From Rhynchobatus australiae (lineage: Eukaryota): DNA of 63,938 bases. Positions 12,063 to 24,788 of this stretch are shown piece by piece. The position numbers and the translations under genes are program-made. The notes under the pieces were generated by a model that was not told the DNA's origin, did no database searches, and saw only the letters and a list, made by a program, of their open reading frames with translations. The first letter of the stretch is position 1; every line of letters begins with the position of its first letter. The stretch is taken from NCBI GenBank assembly GCA_034780895.1, contig JAUZTB010000076.1, forward strand, positions 21,140,407-21,204,344, in the 5' to 3' direction.

Positions 12063-13849
12063 ATTTTGCTTTTGGAAGATGCAAATCTGTGTGGCTAACT
12101 AACACAAGCTTATGTACATGTCTCTTCTGACATGGCAGGTTAACAGCTGATTTCCCAGCCCTGTTAAATGGAAGGAAATAAAGATATTTCCTAAGAGGAA
12201 TAGAAGTTAAAAGATTATTTTTTAACCTCTTGGTCATAGCACTTTTAATTTTTTGTTAAGCTTTAAGATTTTCATTGAATATGTAGTATATTTGTAGGAT
12301 AATGTTGGAAAGCCACACAGCAAAAATATTTTAAAAATAACAATGGTGATACTTCAGTATACCACATTTTACATTTTAAACAAAATTTTAAAAATCTATT
12401 TAAAATATGATCCTGAAGTGGTGTCACTTTCATCATAAAGATGAAATTCTCCTTTTAAGAGTCCTTACAGTGTGACAAATGTGTTTAGAAGGGATTCCAA
12501 TGATGAGTGTTTTCATGATGGTGGATCCTTCTCTTCAAAAACAGTGCTGATGATATATTTTCTTAATATTTCCTTTCTCCTGTCTTTAATAAATACATTG
12601 TTGTCCGGATCCTTATTTTGTTAGTTAGTGTGAAGAGTTGATCTGAGAGTCTTCTTGAAAAATAATGTGTCTGTCACCTCACTGTCCTATTTCCCTGAAA
12701 CACAAGGGATTTTTTTGCTAGATTTGATTTTTTTGACTGTTACTAAATGTAGTCTGCAGAGGCCACCTTCTTTAATATGATGTACAAAGTAATCATGCTT
12801 TCAGAAAGGTTTCATATGATCCAAGTTTTTATATTAACATTTTGCCACTGATGTAATTTGTGGATATTTCTTTACTGCAGTGAATGGGATAATGCTCAAA
12901 GTTCAGAAATGCATTTACTCAAATGAAGGGCATTGAAATCATTTGCAACTTGCATTTTTTACAGCAAAATCATTTCCATTAGGATACTTTGGTAGGTCAA
13001 GAGTGTGGCTGGAAACCTGAACCATCTTAAAGGACAAAATTTCCCATTAAATATAAAGGTGTTACTCATTCTAAGAGAATCTTACCATCAATATATCCAT
13101 CGACATCGAAAGTTACCATTCAGAATCTTTATAATCCAGGACTCCATCGACTCTCTCAGGTCAGTGAAACATTTCATGGCACAATTTCAAAATTACGTCC
13201 AGTGTCCTAGTCAATTTTATGCCTTAGTCAACATCACTAGAANNNNNNNNNNNNNNNNNNNNNNNNNNNNNNNNNNNNNNNNNNNNNNNNNNNNNNNNNN
13301 NNNNNNNNNNNNNNNNNNNNNNNNNNNNNNNNNNNNNNNGTTTGCTATGTCCAAATTTGACTGCAACATTTTCTGCAATACAACACTAACCCCACTTCAA
13401 CCGTGCTTCATTAATTGCAGAGTGCCATGGGGCATCAGGTGATAAAGGGTGCTACATAATTGCAAATCTTTCTTATTTTCTTTATATATTGAAAAAGCAT
13501 CACTCTCAGAATCTCCACTAAATCAGGATCTTCCATTCAGGATCATATATTGGAACAGCCCTTGCTATACAGGACCTTCAGAAAAGACCACATCACCATC
13601 AGAAATAAGGGGAGTCCTGCTTTCAGAGTTACTTTAAAAGAAAAGTTTCAACCCCTATATTCTTTCAAAAGCAGTTTCACTATCCCTACTCCAAACAGAA
13701 AGAGGCTGCATGGTCTGGTGTTTCCCTCTTTACCTTCTGGGTTAATTTCCTTGTTGCTAATGAAATGAAAAAAAGTGGCTCAAAACAAATTGGAAAAATG
13801 TTTTTTTTAAATATTTGCAATGTGTGTTTTGGCACCTTATGTTTCTTAT

Positions 13850-14167
13850 AATATGCAAAGATGCAATTCAGCCCATCAAGTCTATGCCAGCTCTCAGAAT
13901 ATTCCCAACAGTCCCAGTCCCTCACTTATTTTCCCTTGCAAACTTTCACATGCCCATCAACGTCCCCTGATCTCCTGCTGCACATCCACCCATGCTAGGG
14001 GTAATTTACTGTGGCCAATTAATCCTCCAGCACATCTTTCAAGTATGGGATTTAACTGGAGCATCTGGGAAAACTGTTACAGGGAGAACATGCAAACTCC
14101 ACTTAGATATCAGCCAAGATCAGGTACAAACACATTTCGCTGGAGCTGTCAGGCAGCAGCTTGACCA
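13850..14167 (-). mobile_element. V-SINE with CR1-like tail, older copy
   Basis: acagggagaacatgcaaactccac is the reverse complement of the V-core; head remnant gctggagctgtcaggcagcagc. Confidence 0.75.
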
Positions 14168-15399
14168 NNNNNNNNNNNNNNNNNNNNNNNNNNNNNNNNN
14201 NNNNNNNNNNNNNNNNNNNNNNNNNNNNNNNNNNNNNNNNNNNNNNNNNNNNNNNNNNNNNNNNNNNGCTTGACCAGCTGTGCCATTGGATCTCCAAGGA
14301 GTTTGCAGCCTTCTCAGTAAAGTGTCAGCTCAGTTGATGGGAAGGCTGTTAAACACAGTTATAATATTATTTCACACTTGTGTGCTATTCCAACCATTCT
14401 GCTCTGGTAGCAGATTTGCAAAAAAAAACTTGACTCAGCTAACATTTTAAGTCCAGGCTAACTATTCTGATCATTTTTGGTTAGAAAAGTATCAGGATAA
14501 TTTCTTCCTTTCACTACATTATAAATATTCTATCTCTATTCTTTACCACTTCGGGATCCTACCTTGAGAATAGCACAAGAAAGTTGGGAGCAAATTTATC
14601 TCCGATTTCACTGCTTTCTTTTTGAACAGATGTACCACCGGCTTATGTTCACAAAAAAAGAATTAGGGTCTTTGTGAGGAATTAGCACTGTTCTCTTTGA
14701 CTGTGAATATGTTCATTAAACTGTAAATGGTGATGACCTCTCCCTCTCTCTCGCATGTGTCTTTTTAGACTCCGAAGTCACGGAGAAGTTTATAGGAAGT
14801 ATTTGTACTGATGGCGCTGAATTCTGCCACTGTGTGATAATGGCAATATAGCATGATGAACACAAGCAAAAAATAAGTGATGTACATGAGGAATTTCATG
14901 AATAAAAGCAAATAAGGGAGATCAGGGCACTTTACAGCAACTGCAGAATGGTCATGGAAATTTGTATACTGTGTTGTGAAATCATCAGACAGATTGAGTC
15001 GCATTAGACCATTAGGGCAATGTTCCCTGGTCGACTGGCATTCCATTCAGTATCCTAAAGAGTTCAGTTGCCACATGGGTAAATATTTAGAATCTTTATT
15101 TTAAAATATATGTGTTTCCAATGCACTTTTGCCTCAGTAGATTGGAATTATGGTTATGACACTGAAACGTTTAATGACATTATTTGGTCAGAGATCTATT
15201 GGGATATACTGCATTTAAGTCTTCAAACTTTAATATGTAATAAATTATGGAAATGTTGCTACATAATTATTTGTTAACCTTGTTGCATTAAATTGTGCCC
15301 TCTCCTTTTCAGAATACCTGCCACAAACCAGTATAATTTTGATGGAACAAAGTGGAAGTTAAGAAATTATTTGTCACTTACAGGACAGAAAGAAGTCAA

Positions 15400-15625
15400 A
15401 ATTAAAATTCTGCAATTGCTGGTAATCTGAAATAGGAAAAGAAAATAGAAGATACACTCGGGAGGTTAGGCAGCATTAATGGAGAGAGACATTAATGTCA
15501 TTTCAGGTCATTGACTTTTTATCAGTTCGATTGAAGGGACATTGACCTATAGTGCCAATTGTGTTTCTCTCTTCACAATTGTACCCTGACCTACTGAGTA
15601 CTTCCGGCACTTTATTTCAAAAAAC
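15400..15625. mobile_element. Fold-back Penelope-like terminal element (decayed)
   Basis: Left arm ctcgggaggttaggcagc..ggagagag and inverted right arm ctctcttcac..ccctgacctactgag; centre tttcaggtcattgactttttatcag. Confidence 0.6.
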
Positions 15626-15629
15626 AATT

Positions 15630-15935
15630 CATCAGATCAAACTTTCCCCAACGTCCCTGGAATCTTTCTCGTTCAATATCTTATACCTTCTTAAAAGTTG
15701 GATCTGCATCTACCACCCTTTAAGTCCACATATTCTCCTGTGAAATTCTTACTGCATATCCCTTTGCCTTTTTTGTCAATTTTTAAAATCTGTGAACCCT
15801 AATCACTGATATTTTGCTAGTGGATATTATTTCTTTTTATTTAAACCATGAAAACTCCAACTAATTTTAAACAACACTCAATTCCCCCATTAATTTTCCT
15901 TGCTCCAAGGAGAACCATCCCAGCAACTTATAACA
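15630..15935 (-). mobile_element. Decayed CR1 fragment
   Basis: ttttccttgctccaaggagaaccatcccagc is the reverse complement of the LGLFSLEQ-type motif. Confidence 0.5.
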
Positions 15936-16379
15936 CAAGTTCATCATCCATTGGAGAACTGCAACACCAAATCCACAATTTCCTTGTGAGTGCTTCACTG
16001 GGTAAGAGACCAGCACCAGACCATATTCATAATATTGCCCCCAAGGGCAGCTTAAAAGTGAGATAGAGGAGAAAAGAAATTGGAAATATAATGCAACAGC
16101 CTGGCATCTCTAGAGAAATAGAGCCAAATCTAATGTCTCTTAATTCACTGCCAAATATATCAGTTACATGAACAACAGTGAGACAATGAATTATTTCAAT
16201 TTTTTAATCCGCAGGGAGTGAATNNNNNNNNNNATAAGGAACACATACATTCCCTGTGTAAGTGTTTATAAATAAATGGGGGATGATATTGTTTGGTAAC
16301 ATCTCTATTGCCAATACAGGAAGAACATTAAAGCAATGAAGAAGATGCAGCATAGGTTCTTTAAAATAAGATAATAGGA

Positions 16380-16700
16380 CAGAGAAAGTCAATAGTGATC
16401 GAATCAAGGGCCTGAAGGTGATAGGTAAATAGTGATTCATGTTTTTATAGTAGTAACAGAGGATTATGAATTTAAGATAATAGGAAAAATTGGTTAACAA
16501 AAATGCAAAGTGTGGGATTCGATGACCCCAACCATAGTTGATGCAGGTTCAAAAAAGAATGTAGAAGATGATTAAAGTTGATAGAAGGTTGAAAAAGAAT
16601 AATAGTAGACAGATTTAGGAGCAAACAAGGGAGGAATAGCAGAGTCATTGGTTCATACTGGAGATTTGATGAATAGCGTGACTCTGACATTATATTCTAT
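16380..16700 (+). mobile_element. Decayed CR1 3' fragment
   Basis: Weak resemblance to the CR1 'TRGH.FKI.G' region and 3' UTR. Confidence 0.35.
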
Positions 16701-17279
16701 TCGCCATTGAAACCTCTTCAGACAGATGAGAAGACAAGTCAATCAGCACTTGACCTCTCTACAACTTCATCTTGAGATTCTGAATTTACTGTAAAAGATT
16801 ATAAAACTAATCACAACTATTGTCATTTCTGAGGAGCATATGTATTCTGTAAACAAATTGTGTTAATGTCAAATGGCATCATGTGCATGAGGCAAAAATG
16901 GATAAGTACTCTTTGACTCTTAATGTTAAAAAAATGTTTTACAGAAACACTTCTACAATCTTTTAGCCTTGCCCTTGCTTCTCTGTTTGAATATACAGGA
17001 AACAATAAAAAGGCAGCTGGTGCTTTAAACTTCCCAAAATGTTGCGATGAAACTTATCCACAAGGTGATTCCATCCTTCTTTCACCAACAACCATCCAGT
17101 GGCCATGTAATCTTCTGGGAAAGGCAAAAAATGTCCGTGCTAAATATTCTTATTGCCTTTTATGCTTTCTCCTTGTATTCCTAAAAGCAGCAAGTTACCT
17201 GGCATGTTTATACCTGGGACTGAACCGTGTAGCCTATTGTTCATCCCCATGGCCAGAAGGCAAAGCCAATGCAGAAAGG

Positions 17280-17680
17280 GCATTACATTCCCACCACCAC
17301 TGGTGCACAGTAACTGCAATATATACCATCTACAAAATGCACTGCAGTTACCCACTTAGGCTGCTCCCACAGTATTCCTATATACAGAATATTCGCCACC
17401 AAAAGGGAAAAGAGCAGCAGATGTATGTGAACAAGACCACCTGCAGGTCCATTTCCAAGTTTCAAACTATTCCGATGTGGAAATATTCCACTCGTTCTTC
17501 ATCATCACTAGGTCTTACTGCTGGAACTCACTACCCAACATTATTGTGGGAGTACCTTCACCAGAAGAACTGCAATGGTTCAAGAAGGAAGCTCACCATC
17601 ACTGCTGCTAAGGTAATTGGGGGGAGCAGTAAATACTGGCCTTGAAAGATATGCCTGGATCCTAAAACTGAAGTTAAAAA
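17280..17680 (+). mobile_element. Older CR1/L2-group LINE, ORF2 C-terminus and 3' end
   Basis: HSHHHWCTVTAIYTIYKMHC resembles SLHHRR.VAAVCTIYKMHC; ctggaactcactacccaac = WNSLP; ttcaagaaggaagctcaccatcac; same family as 19590-19770. Confidence 0.75.
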
Positions 17681-18659
17681 GCTCATAAAGTATTTCAATA
17701 TTGATGACCATTTAATATTTCTCTTCTTGCCCCCTATTTTCTTACTATGGCCATCACCATTTCCCTCTTCTTATTGCCAATGCAGTGTTGACTCAGCCCT
17801 TACAAACTGTGAAGGCTCCAGCATGAACAGAGTTTCACTCTCCTCTCAATTTCTTGTCAGTTGATCAACCCTGATGTGTTACAAAGAACTTTTCAGTACG
17901 ACTTCAAGAGATATCAAGGCTTGGTTGCTGCTATGTCTAACAGCTTCTCAGTCCCCTGATAAGACAATGGCTCAACCAATAGGCAATAATTATTGCTCAT
18001 CTCACAAAAATATAACAATTTGTGTCCCACTAAGCTGTAATTAAGTAAATCCTGAGAAAGGCACTGGATTTTTTAAATATTATCCTTGGATCAGGATTGT
18101 GCCTACATCAGTTGGTTTAAACTTGAGGTTTTTTTTATAAATAATCTTTTACAGTCAAACTTTGATCACATTCAAGTGAGNNNNNNNNNNNNNNNNNNNN
18201 NNNNNNNNNNNNNNNNNNNNNNNNNNNNNNNNNNNNNNNNNNNNNNNNNNNNNNNNNNNNNNNNNNNNNNNNNNNNNNNNAGATAGATGGAAAGGAAGTT
18301 ATGAATGCATCAGTTAACAACGGTGCAACTGACTCAGTTAATTTGTCACTGCTATAACTTTTATATTTTTACATTTCCATTTTCCCTCCCTTTCTTTCCT
18401 TAGGAGATATTGCTTCCTCACTAAAGACACAAGCCCACAGACACCAACATCACTTTTCTACTACTGATCAGTATTTGAGTGAGTTCTAATGGTGAGTGAG
18501 AACAGAGCACCTTGGATGGAGTTTCAGCCAAGGTATTGGTTACCTTACTTACCCAGAAGTTGGATCACATTGCAACATTTTTTGTGTTCTACACAATCTG
18601 ATTTCAATGACAAATGAAAAATCGGGAACTTCAGATGGGTTGAATAAACACCACGATTT

Positions 18660-19770
18660 TATGCAATTGTCCTGACACACAGAGGATGAAGGGCACAATC
18701 AGTGGCATCCAACTGCCTTTGATCTCAAGGCAGTATTTTTACCCAGGAGGCAAGATAAAACTGAACTCAGTAGGGATTGAGGAAATGGTCCAGCGACCAT
18801 CCTCATAAACAGGAATATGTTTTATTTATTTGCTCACAGGATGCAGACATCACTGGCAATGCCAACATTTAATTTACATCCCTAATTGTTCAAATGAGGG
18901 TGTAGTTAAGAGTCGACCACACTGATAACTAAGGAGTCACATATGGCCAAAATGGGTAAGGGTGGATATTTTACAACAGTCTGGCAGTTTAATGGTTACT
19001 GAGACTATGGTTGTTGGGACCAATCATTTCAGTCCCAGAATATCATTACAGAAATTCCTCAGGGCAGTGTCCTAGGTCCAATTATTTTCAGCTGCTTAAT
19101 CAATGATCTTTTCTCATTAGGTCAAAAATGGAACTGTTCACTGATGATTGCAGTTTTTGGGTCCACACAAAATACAAAAAGCGTTCTGCATCCACATGCA
19201 GTAAGACCAGCACGATATCTAGTTTTGTATCACTATCCTACTGGTGCACTTTTCATTATTCAATTTCAAGTTAATGACCATCTTAATCAAGAGAGAATCA
19301 TATCATTGTTCCTCAACATACAATGGCATTAGTATTGTCAAAGTCCCACCATGACATCCTGGCCAGAAACTCAACTGGACAAGCCACAGAAATCCTTCCA
19401 GAACAAGTCAGAGGCTGAGTGTACTGCAGCAAGTGGCTCACCTCTTGGTGTCCTAATACCTCTTCACCATATGCAAGTCATCTGGAATCTTTATACACCA
19501 TCCAGAAGAAAGTGTTTTACCATCTTGAACTCCACTCCTGCATCAACAGAGCTTGAGTAGAGTTTACACTGTCCATTGGATGCTATGCAGAAAGTCGCCA
19601 AGATTTCAACACATTCTTTCAAATTTGCATCTTCCATCACCTGGAACTGTAAGAGCAGCGCGGGCAAATGTCATCACCTCCATGTTGCTAAGTCACAAAC
19701 CATCACAACTAGGACTTATATTGCTATATCTTCATCATCACTGGGTCAAAGTCCTGCAGCTTGATGTAAA
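18660..19770 (+). mobile_element. Older CR1/L2-group LINE, reverse transcriptase region (decayed)
   Basis: tttgatctcaaggcagtattt resembles LDIKAAFD; attcctcagggcagtgtcctaggtccaattattttcagctgcttaatcaatgat = IPQGSVLGPIIFSCLIND; ttcactgatgattgc = FTDDC (YADD box). Confidence 0.85.
18818..19005 (-). mobile_element. SINE nested in opposite orientation inside the LINE
   Basis: Interrupts the RT between the LDIKAAFD and PQGSVLGP regions; its tail (cactggcaatgccaacatttaatttacatccctaattg) resembles the reverse complement of the LINE 3' end at ~17610-17665. Confidence 0.6.
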
Positions 19771-19943
19771 GTATTCCATCCTGGAATATTATTGAAAGTA
19801 GCTGACCCTGAAACTTTCAAGCAGATTAGTTTCATTACAAATGATGCCCCACCACATTTCTAGCAGGGCAAATGAGTGAATCAGAACCTAAGGCTTGAAT
19901 GTTTACAAACTGGATAGTCTAGATTGCATGGACATAATTTATA

Positions 19944-20060
19944 ATTCTGATGAAAGGTCTTTGTCTGATATGTTAACTTTCCACAGCTGCTGCCTGATAC
20001 GCTCTGTTTCCAACATTTTGTTTTTATTTCAGATTACCAGCATCTGCAGGTTTTTTTTTT
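19944..20060 (+). mobile_element. Penelope-like terminal fragment with degenerate hammerhead core
   Basis: ctgatga-aaggtc..gtct-gata-tgttaac followed by ccacagctgctgcctga..ttcagattaccagcatctgcag. Confidence 0.6.
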
Positions 20061-21339
20061 ATTTTATTAGTTCCAGGTTACCTTTATGCCTTTTTCTCAT
20101 TAAATCAATATTTTTCCTAAAATAAAATACTCCATGAAAATGTTGCATTTAACAGGCTCCCAGTATATTTAGAGAGATATTCCACACCACGCATGGTATA
20201 CAAGAAAGCTCAACTCAAATTAACTGAGTACTGAGAGAGACAGCACAGAAAATTACATCTATACTGTACTGCACCAAGATTGATAAGAATAATAATAACA
20301 TCATTTCTTCCTGGCTTTATGGTCATTACCAGCCCTGAGAGTCTCATTACCATCTCTCGCTTCACTCAAGCCTATAATGACCACCTCAGGGTCGGTAATG
20401 ACCATAATACCTGAAGCAAACTCATTGTGTTGCTCCACAGTATCTGTTAGCAACAAAACGGTGTCACAGAAAATGTTCAGATATGAACAACAATGGCTTT
20501 GAGTGGAAACCTCTCCTCCAGGGACTGAAACCAGGTTCATTATCATTCAATTGGCTGATTTACTAACAGAATATTAATCTTTCAATATCCAACCCAGCAA
20601 CAATTGAACATTTTATTTGATTTTAAATGTTTGATACTAGTTTAGCAAACTANNNNNNNNNNNNNNNNNNNNNNNNNNNNNNNNNNNNNNNNNNNNNNNN
20701 NNNNNNNNNNNNNNNNNNNNNNNNNNNNNNNNNNNNNNNNNNNNNNNNNNNNNNNNNNNNNNNNNNNNNNNNNNNNNNNNNNNNNNNNNNNNNNNNNNNN
20801 NNNNNNNNNNNNNNNNNNNNNNNNNNNNNNNNNNNNNNNNNNNNNNNNNNNNNNNNNNNNNNNNNNNNNNNNNNNNNNNNNNNNNNNNNNNNNNNNNNNN
20901 NNNNNNNNNNNNNNNNNNNNNNNNNNNNNNNNNNNNNNNNNNNNNNNNNNNNNNNNNNNNNNNNNNNNNNNNNNNNNNNNNNNNCCTCACTTTAATGAGC
21001 AAAATATCATCAAACAAAACTTCTTATATATTAAAAAAATTAGGTTTCTCAGTCAGCACTGAAATTCTGTGAAACTTGTGCTACAACAGTATGCAGCATC
21101 AGTGCAAGAACCTCACGTTAAATGGAGCCACTAGAGCATTTGGCAAACAAGCCATTTGCTCTGCCATTAATCTATACTAAATGGGATTACCCAGGTCTTC
21201 ACTCCATAATCAGTATCAGACAGTCAGGGCTCAGCTCATTATTGAGCAATAACTAGGTGAGGTTCCAGAAAAAATGTCAGTAACTTTCTCAGTCAGTTGT
21301 CAATAATGAATTAATTTTATTTCTCTTTCCCATTTGTCA

Positions 21340-21815
21340 AAAGAATGCAGAGTCAAGCCTGACTCCAGAAATGTAGGTGACGTTTGAATGTGATATTGAT
21401 GATGTGCCATTTTTTACATGAGGCATTAAACTGAGGCTTCTCTGCTTTCTCAGGTGGATGTAATAAACCCTTTAGAACTATTCCAAGAGCAGGCATGGGG
21501 GAGGTTCCAACCTGCATTTATACCTCAGCCAAAGTTAATAAAAATACATTATCTGATTGTTAACTCAGTGCTGTTCGTCGATCCATACTGTGAACTGATT
21601 GGCTGTTACAGTGTCTTTTCTGGGCATGGACTTGTGCTAGCCAATGTCCATCCCTAATGTTCCTATTGCATCTCATCATATTGCTGTAAGTGGGACCTAA
21701 CTTTTTGAAATTCTGCCCACTGTGTTTCCTACTTTACAACAATAAAAATATGTTGACTGCCAATTACTTGGGGATGGGTTGATAAAGGCATTGCATAATT
21801 GCAAGTCTTTCCTTA
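21340..21815 (+). mobile_element. Deu-domain SINE (SacSINE1/AmnSINE1-related), decayed
   Basis: atgaggcattaaactgaggc..ctctgctttctcaggtggatgtaa..aagagcagg..atttatacctcagccaa..attatctg..gtgtttcctactttacaaca and an L2-type tail aaaggcattgcataattgcaagtc. Confidence 0.7.
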
Positions 21816-22911
21816 TGTTTTATCTGCAAAACCATGAATCAGCACCTTCAACAATGCAAGGGGGCAAAGAGAAGAATGTAATGAGAGGAGATTTTTTAAC
21901 ATAAATTGGATTTGTTTCTTTTTTTCACCTTCCTGAGATACACTGGTTAATCATAATGAAGTATGATATAGTTCGTTCATAGTCACAAAGAGTTCTCAAT
22001 CTCTTTTTTGTGGCTAGAAAGATATTAAGAATAGAAAATTGTGGATGCAAAGAGGAACACACATGTAAAATAAGTTCCTGATTTACGGCTTATTAGCACA
22101 GCCCTAAGGTCAGCCTGTCTCTCAAGAGGAAATTAAGATTAATTGAGTGCATGACCACAGGATGGAAGATGAGCATTCATCTAATAATGTGGTAAAGGAG
22201 GGAGCCATTCAGCACATCATATCTGTGCCATTTTTTGAACGATATCCAGTTTATCTCACTCCCCTGCTCTTCCCCCATTGCCATGCAATTTTTTTAAGTA
22301 ACCCTGGGATAAATTTTAGCAGAGTTGGAATGAACAAACAGAAAAGGCCTTGAAGCCATATTGACTGAAAATATGAAAACCTAAGGAAATGGTAAGTGGG
22401 GATCTTTTGAGACTCATTGAGTTCTGCCATAGGATAAAAGAAAAGTCAGAAAAACACAGCCTTTTAAAAAAGGCTAAAAGGCTTTCCTGGAAATTACAAG
22501 TGAATGAACTTCACATGTTATAAGTATGATAGAAATCATCTTCAAAATGCTGGACAATCTGAAGCATGAGGAACATGAAGTCACCACATCAAGATGGCTT
22601 TGGGGAGGGAAAATACACCATCACCAGACACTAGGTATATCCTGGACTTATGTAGGTCTGATACTTACTTCCATTAGAATGGCTTAACACCCTCAGTTCC
22701 CTTCTGAACAATCAGCCAACAACTAGAGCTAAAGAGCTACAGAAAACTGAAATGTTTGACTGATGAATGGCAAATAGAATTTACCATGTCAATCAGTGAA
22801 GAGCAATGAGACTGGGAGCAAGATGGTGGAGATTTTCATACACTGGCTGTCAGTACTATACCTACAAAATACATAGTGAAAGCTGGTAGAGAAGGAAATG
22901 TGCCCATATTG

Positions 22912-23080
22912 TTGAGCAACAAACAATCTGCTGGAGAATTAAGACGGTCGAGCAGCATCTGTGGGAGGAAAGGAATGGTCAACGTTTCTGGTTGAAACCC
23001 TACATCGGGACCCTGTGTGGACCCCCTCAGTTCCTCCAGCACAATGTTGTTGCTCCAGATTCCAGCACCTGCAGCCTCTT
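22912..23080. mobile_element. Fold-back Penelope-like terminal element
   Basis: ctgctggag..cgagcagcatctgtgggagg..gtcaacgtttc and inverted remnant agttcctccagcac..ctccagattccagcacctgcag; hammerhead-like core on the minus strand at 22978-23011. Confidence 0.7.
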
Positions 23081-23632
23081 AACATTGATATGCCCCATGT
23101 TCACCTGATGCAGGTTTTAGTGAGTGTGAGATGTACCTGCCAAAAGCAGGTGTAAAACTATTTGAATATGAAAATCAGAGTACTATGTGGTTCAGCAAAC
23201 ACTAATTGTAAATTTCCAGTGCAAATGGTGAAGTGCATGCAATGCACATTGAAACAATGATCCTGAAAAAGAGTTACAGGAGGTCACTCACAAAACTGCC
23301 TAAGAAATGTTCAGTGTTCTCGGAACATTGACTGTCTTTTATTTTGAGACATGTAACAATAAAATGAACTGGGAGCTGTAGATAATGAATTGTCTATTCT
23401 GTTTGTGCATATTCTGATGCAGTAGTTTTCCCATTTGCACTTCCACCTGTGGCATTGTGTGCAGGATGGCGATCCCGATGTTTGAGGCAGAAACAGAATA
23501 AAAGGGGATAAACTGAGAAATAAGGTGTTGCATTGTTTAAGAGGAAACAGTGGTATGGACTTGACAGTGCACATCAATGAAAATATATAACTTATGGAAA
23601 AAATTTCATTTCAATAAGTAAATGAGATTGAT

Positions 23633-23648
23633 TTTCCCCCTGGTGGTA
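23633..23648 (-). promoter_or_regulatory. CTCF-like motif
   Basis: Minus strand reads TACCACCAGGGGGAAA versus consensus CCASYAGRKGGCRS; lies in unique sequence. Confidence 0.4.
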
Positions 23649-24771
23649 ATTGAGTCTTTAGCTTTTCTTCCACATATTACTGCAGAGTCCTTTACGATAT
23701 CTATGCTTTTTTTCTGAACAGCTGCATAGCTACTGTCAATGAACGAAAAGATCTTTCCTTTATTTAGACAGTGATTTGTCAAATTCTTTCTATAAATGCC
23801 TTCAGAGTACTGCTGGATGCTCTAGCTCTCACAGAGAGATGTGAAAATCCCTGTGCTTATATAATATAAAAAAATAATTTATGATCATCCTGAGAATAGT
23901 AGTTAATCTGCCCTCCCAAGAGGTTTGGTCTAGTGAAACCTGCACTTGTGGGAGGTTGCTGGGCCCAAAAGGCAGCTGAATGGCATCGCTCTGCAAAGAC
24001 CCGCAACAGAAACAGATGTTAATTTAATGCAAGAATAACTGCCCCTTTGACAGACTCTAACTAGCTCTGACTGTCTCTAAACACAATTGATCTGTTCCAC
24101 TGGGCTGTTCGACAGCACAAACAGTTTAATGACAATCTCATTTCTGAAGAGTGTGACCATAACAAAGATTGAAATCCACTCTGTTAAAATATAAAATGTA
24201 GTTTAATTCATTATGCTTTTAAGTAATTTTTAAGATGTGTGCCATTGTTAAGTTTCCCTACAGCTCAGTTCTGAAGTATCTCTGTAAAATGTTGCTTAAA
24301 GGTACATTAGAATGGGGTAAATTGACTTGTATCCAGCACCAGCTTTGCCTTTCAGAATTAAACTAAAAGGATAGTGCCTGACTTGTACTCAAACACCTTT
24401 CAGCCTGTGCCCATTATTCAGGTGGTAAGTGTGTTAAATGAGGAATAATTAGCACAAGCCCAGTTGGCATTTCCATGTTATAGCTTACGAGTATACCACA
24501 AAATATGTGAACCACTAAAGGATATTTCTTTTAGTTGCTTTGCATTGTTGAATGCCATTCTTCAGATGAACAGTCTTGGGTGGCTCAGTGCAGTCTGTGT
24601 ATCTCTTCATATCTGCATCAGTGTTAGTACAAGGGAAACGATGGTGGAACCAATACGTCATAAACACAATATAAAACATGTTATCAGACCAAAGAGGTTT
24701 CTCTCTATGCAATTACTTTTCTTAAAAGTGATGATATTTGCATGCCAGTCCCAGGAAGTCCTGCTACATGT

Positions 24772-24788
24772 TGCCACTAGAGGTAAAC
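24772..24788 (+). promoter_or_regulatory. CTCF-like motif
   Basis: TGCCACTAGAGGTAAAC versus consensus CCASYAGRKGGCRS; lies in unique sequence. Confidence 0.4.

Noticed and set aside
16923-17645. 240-aa ORF, the longest gap-free ORF
   Set aside because: The C-terminal half is a decayed LINE 3' end that drifts out of the ancestral frame; the N-terminal half has no recognisable motif and there is no exon structure.
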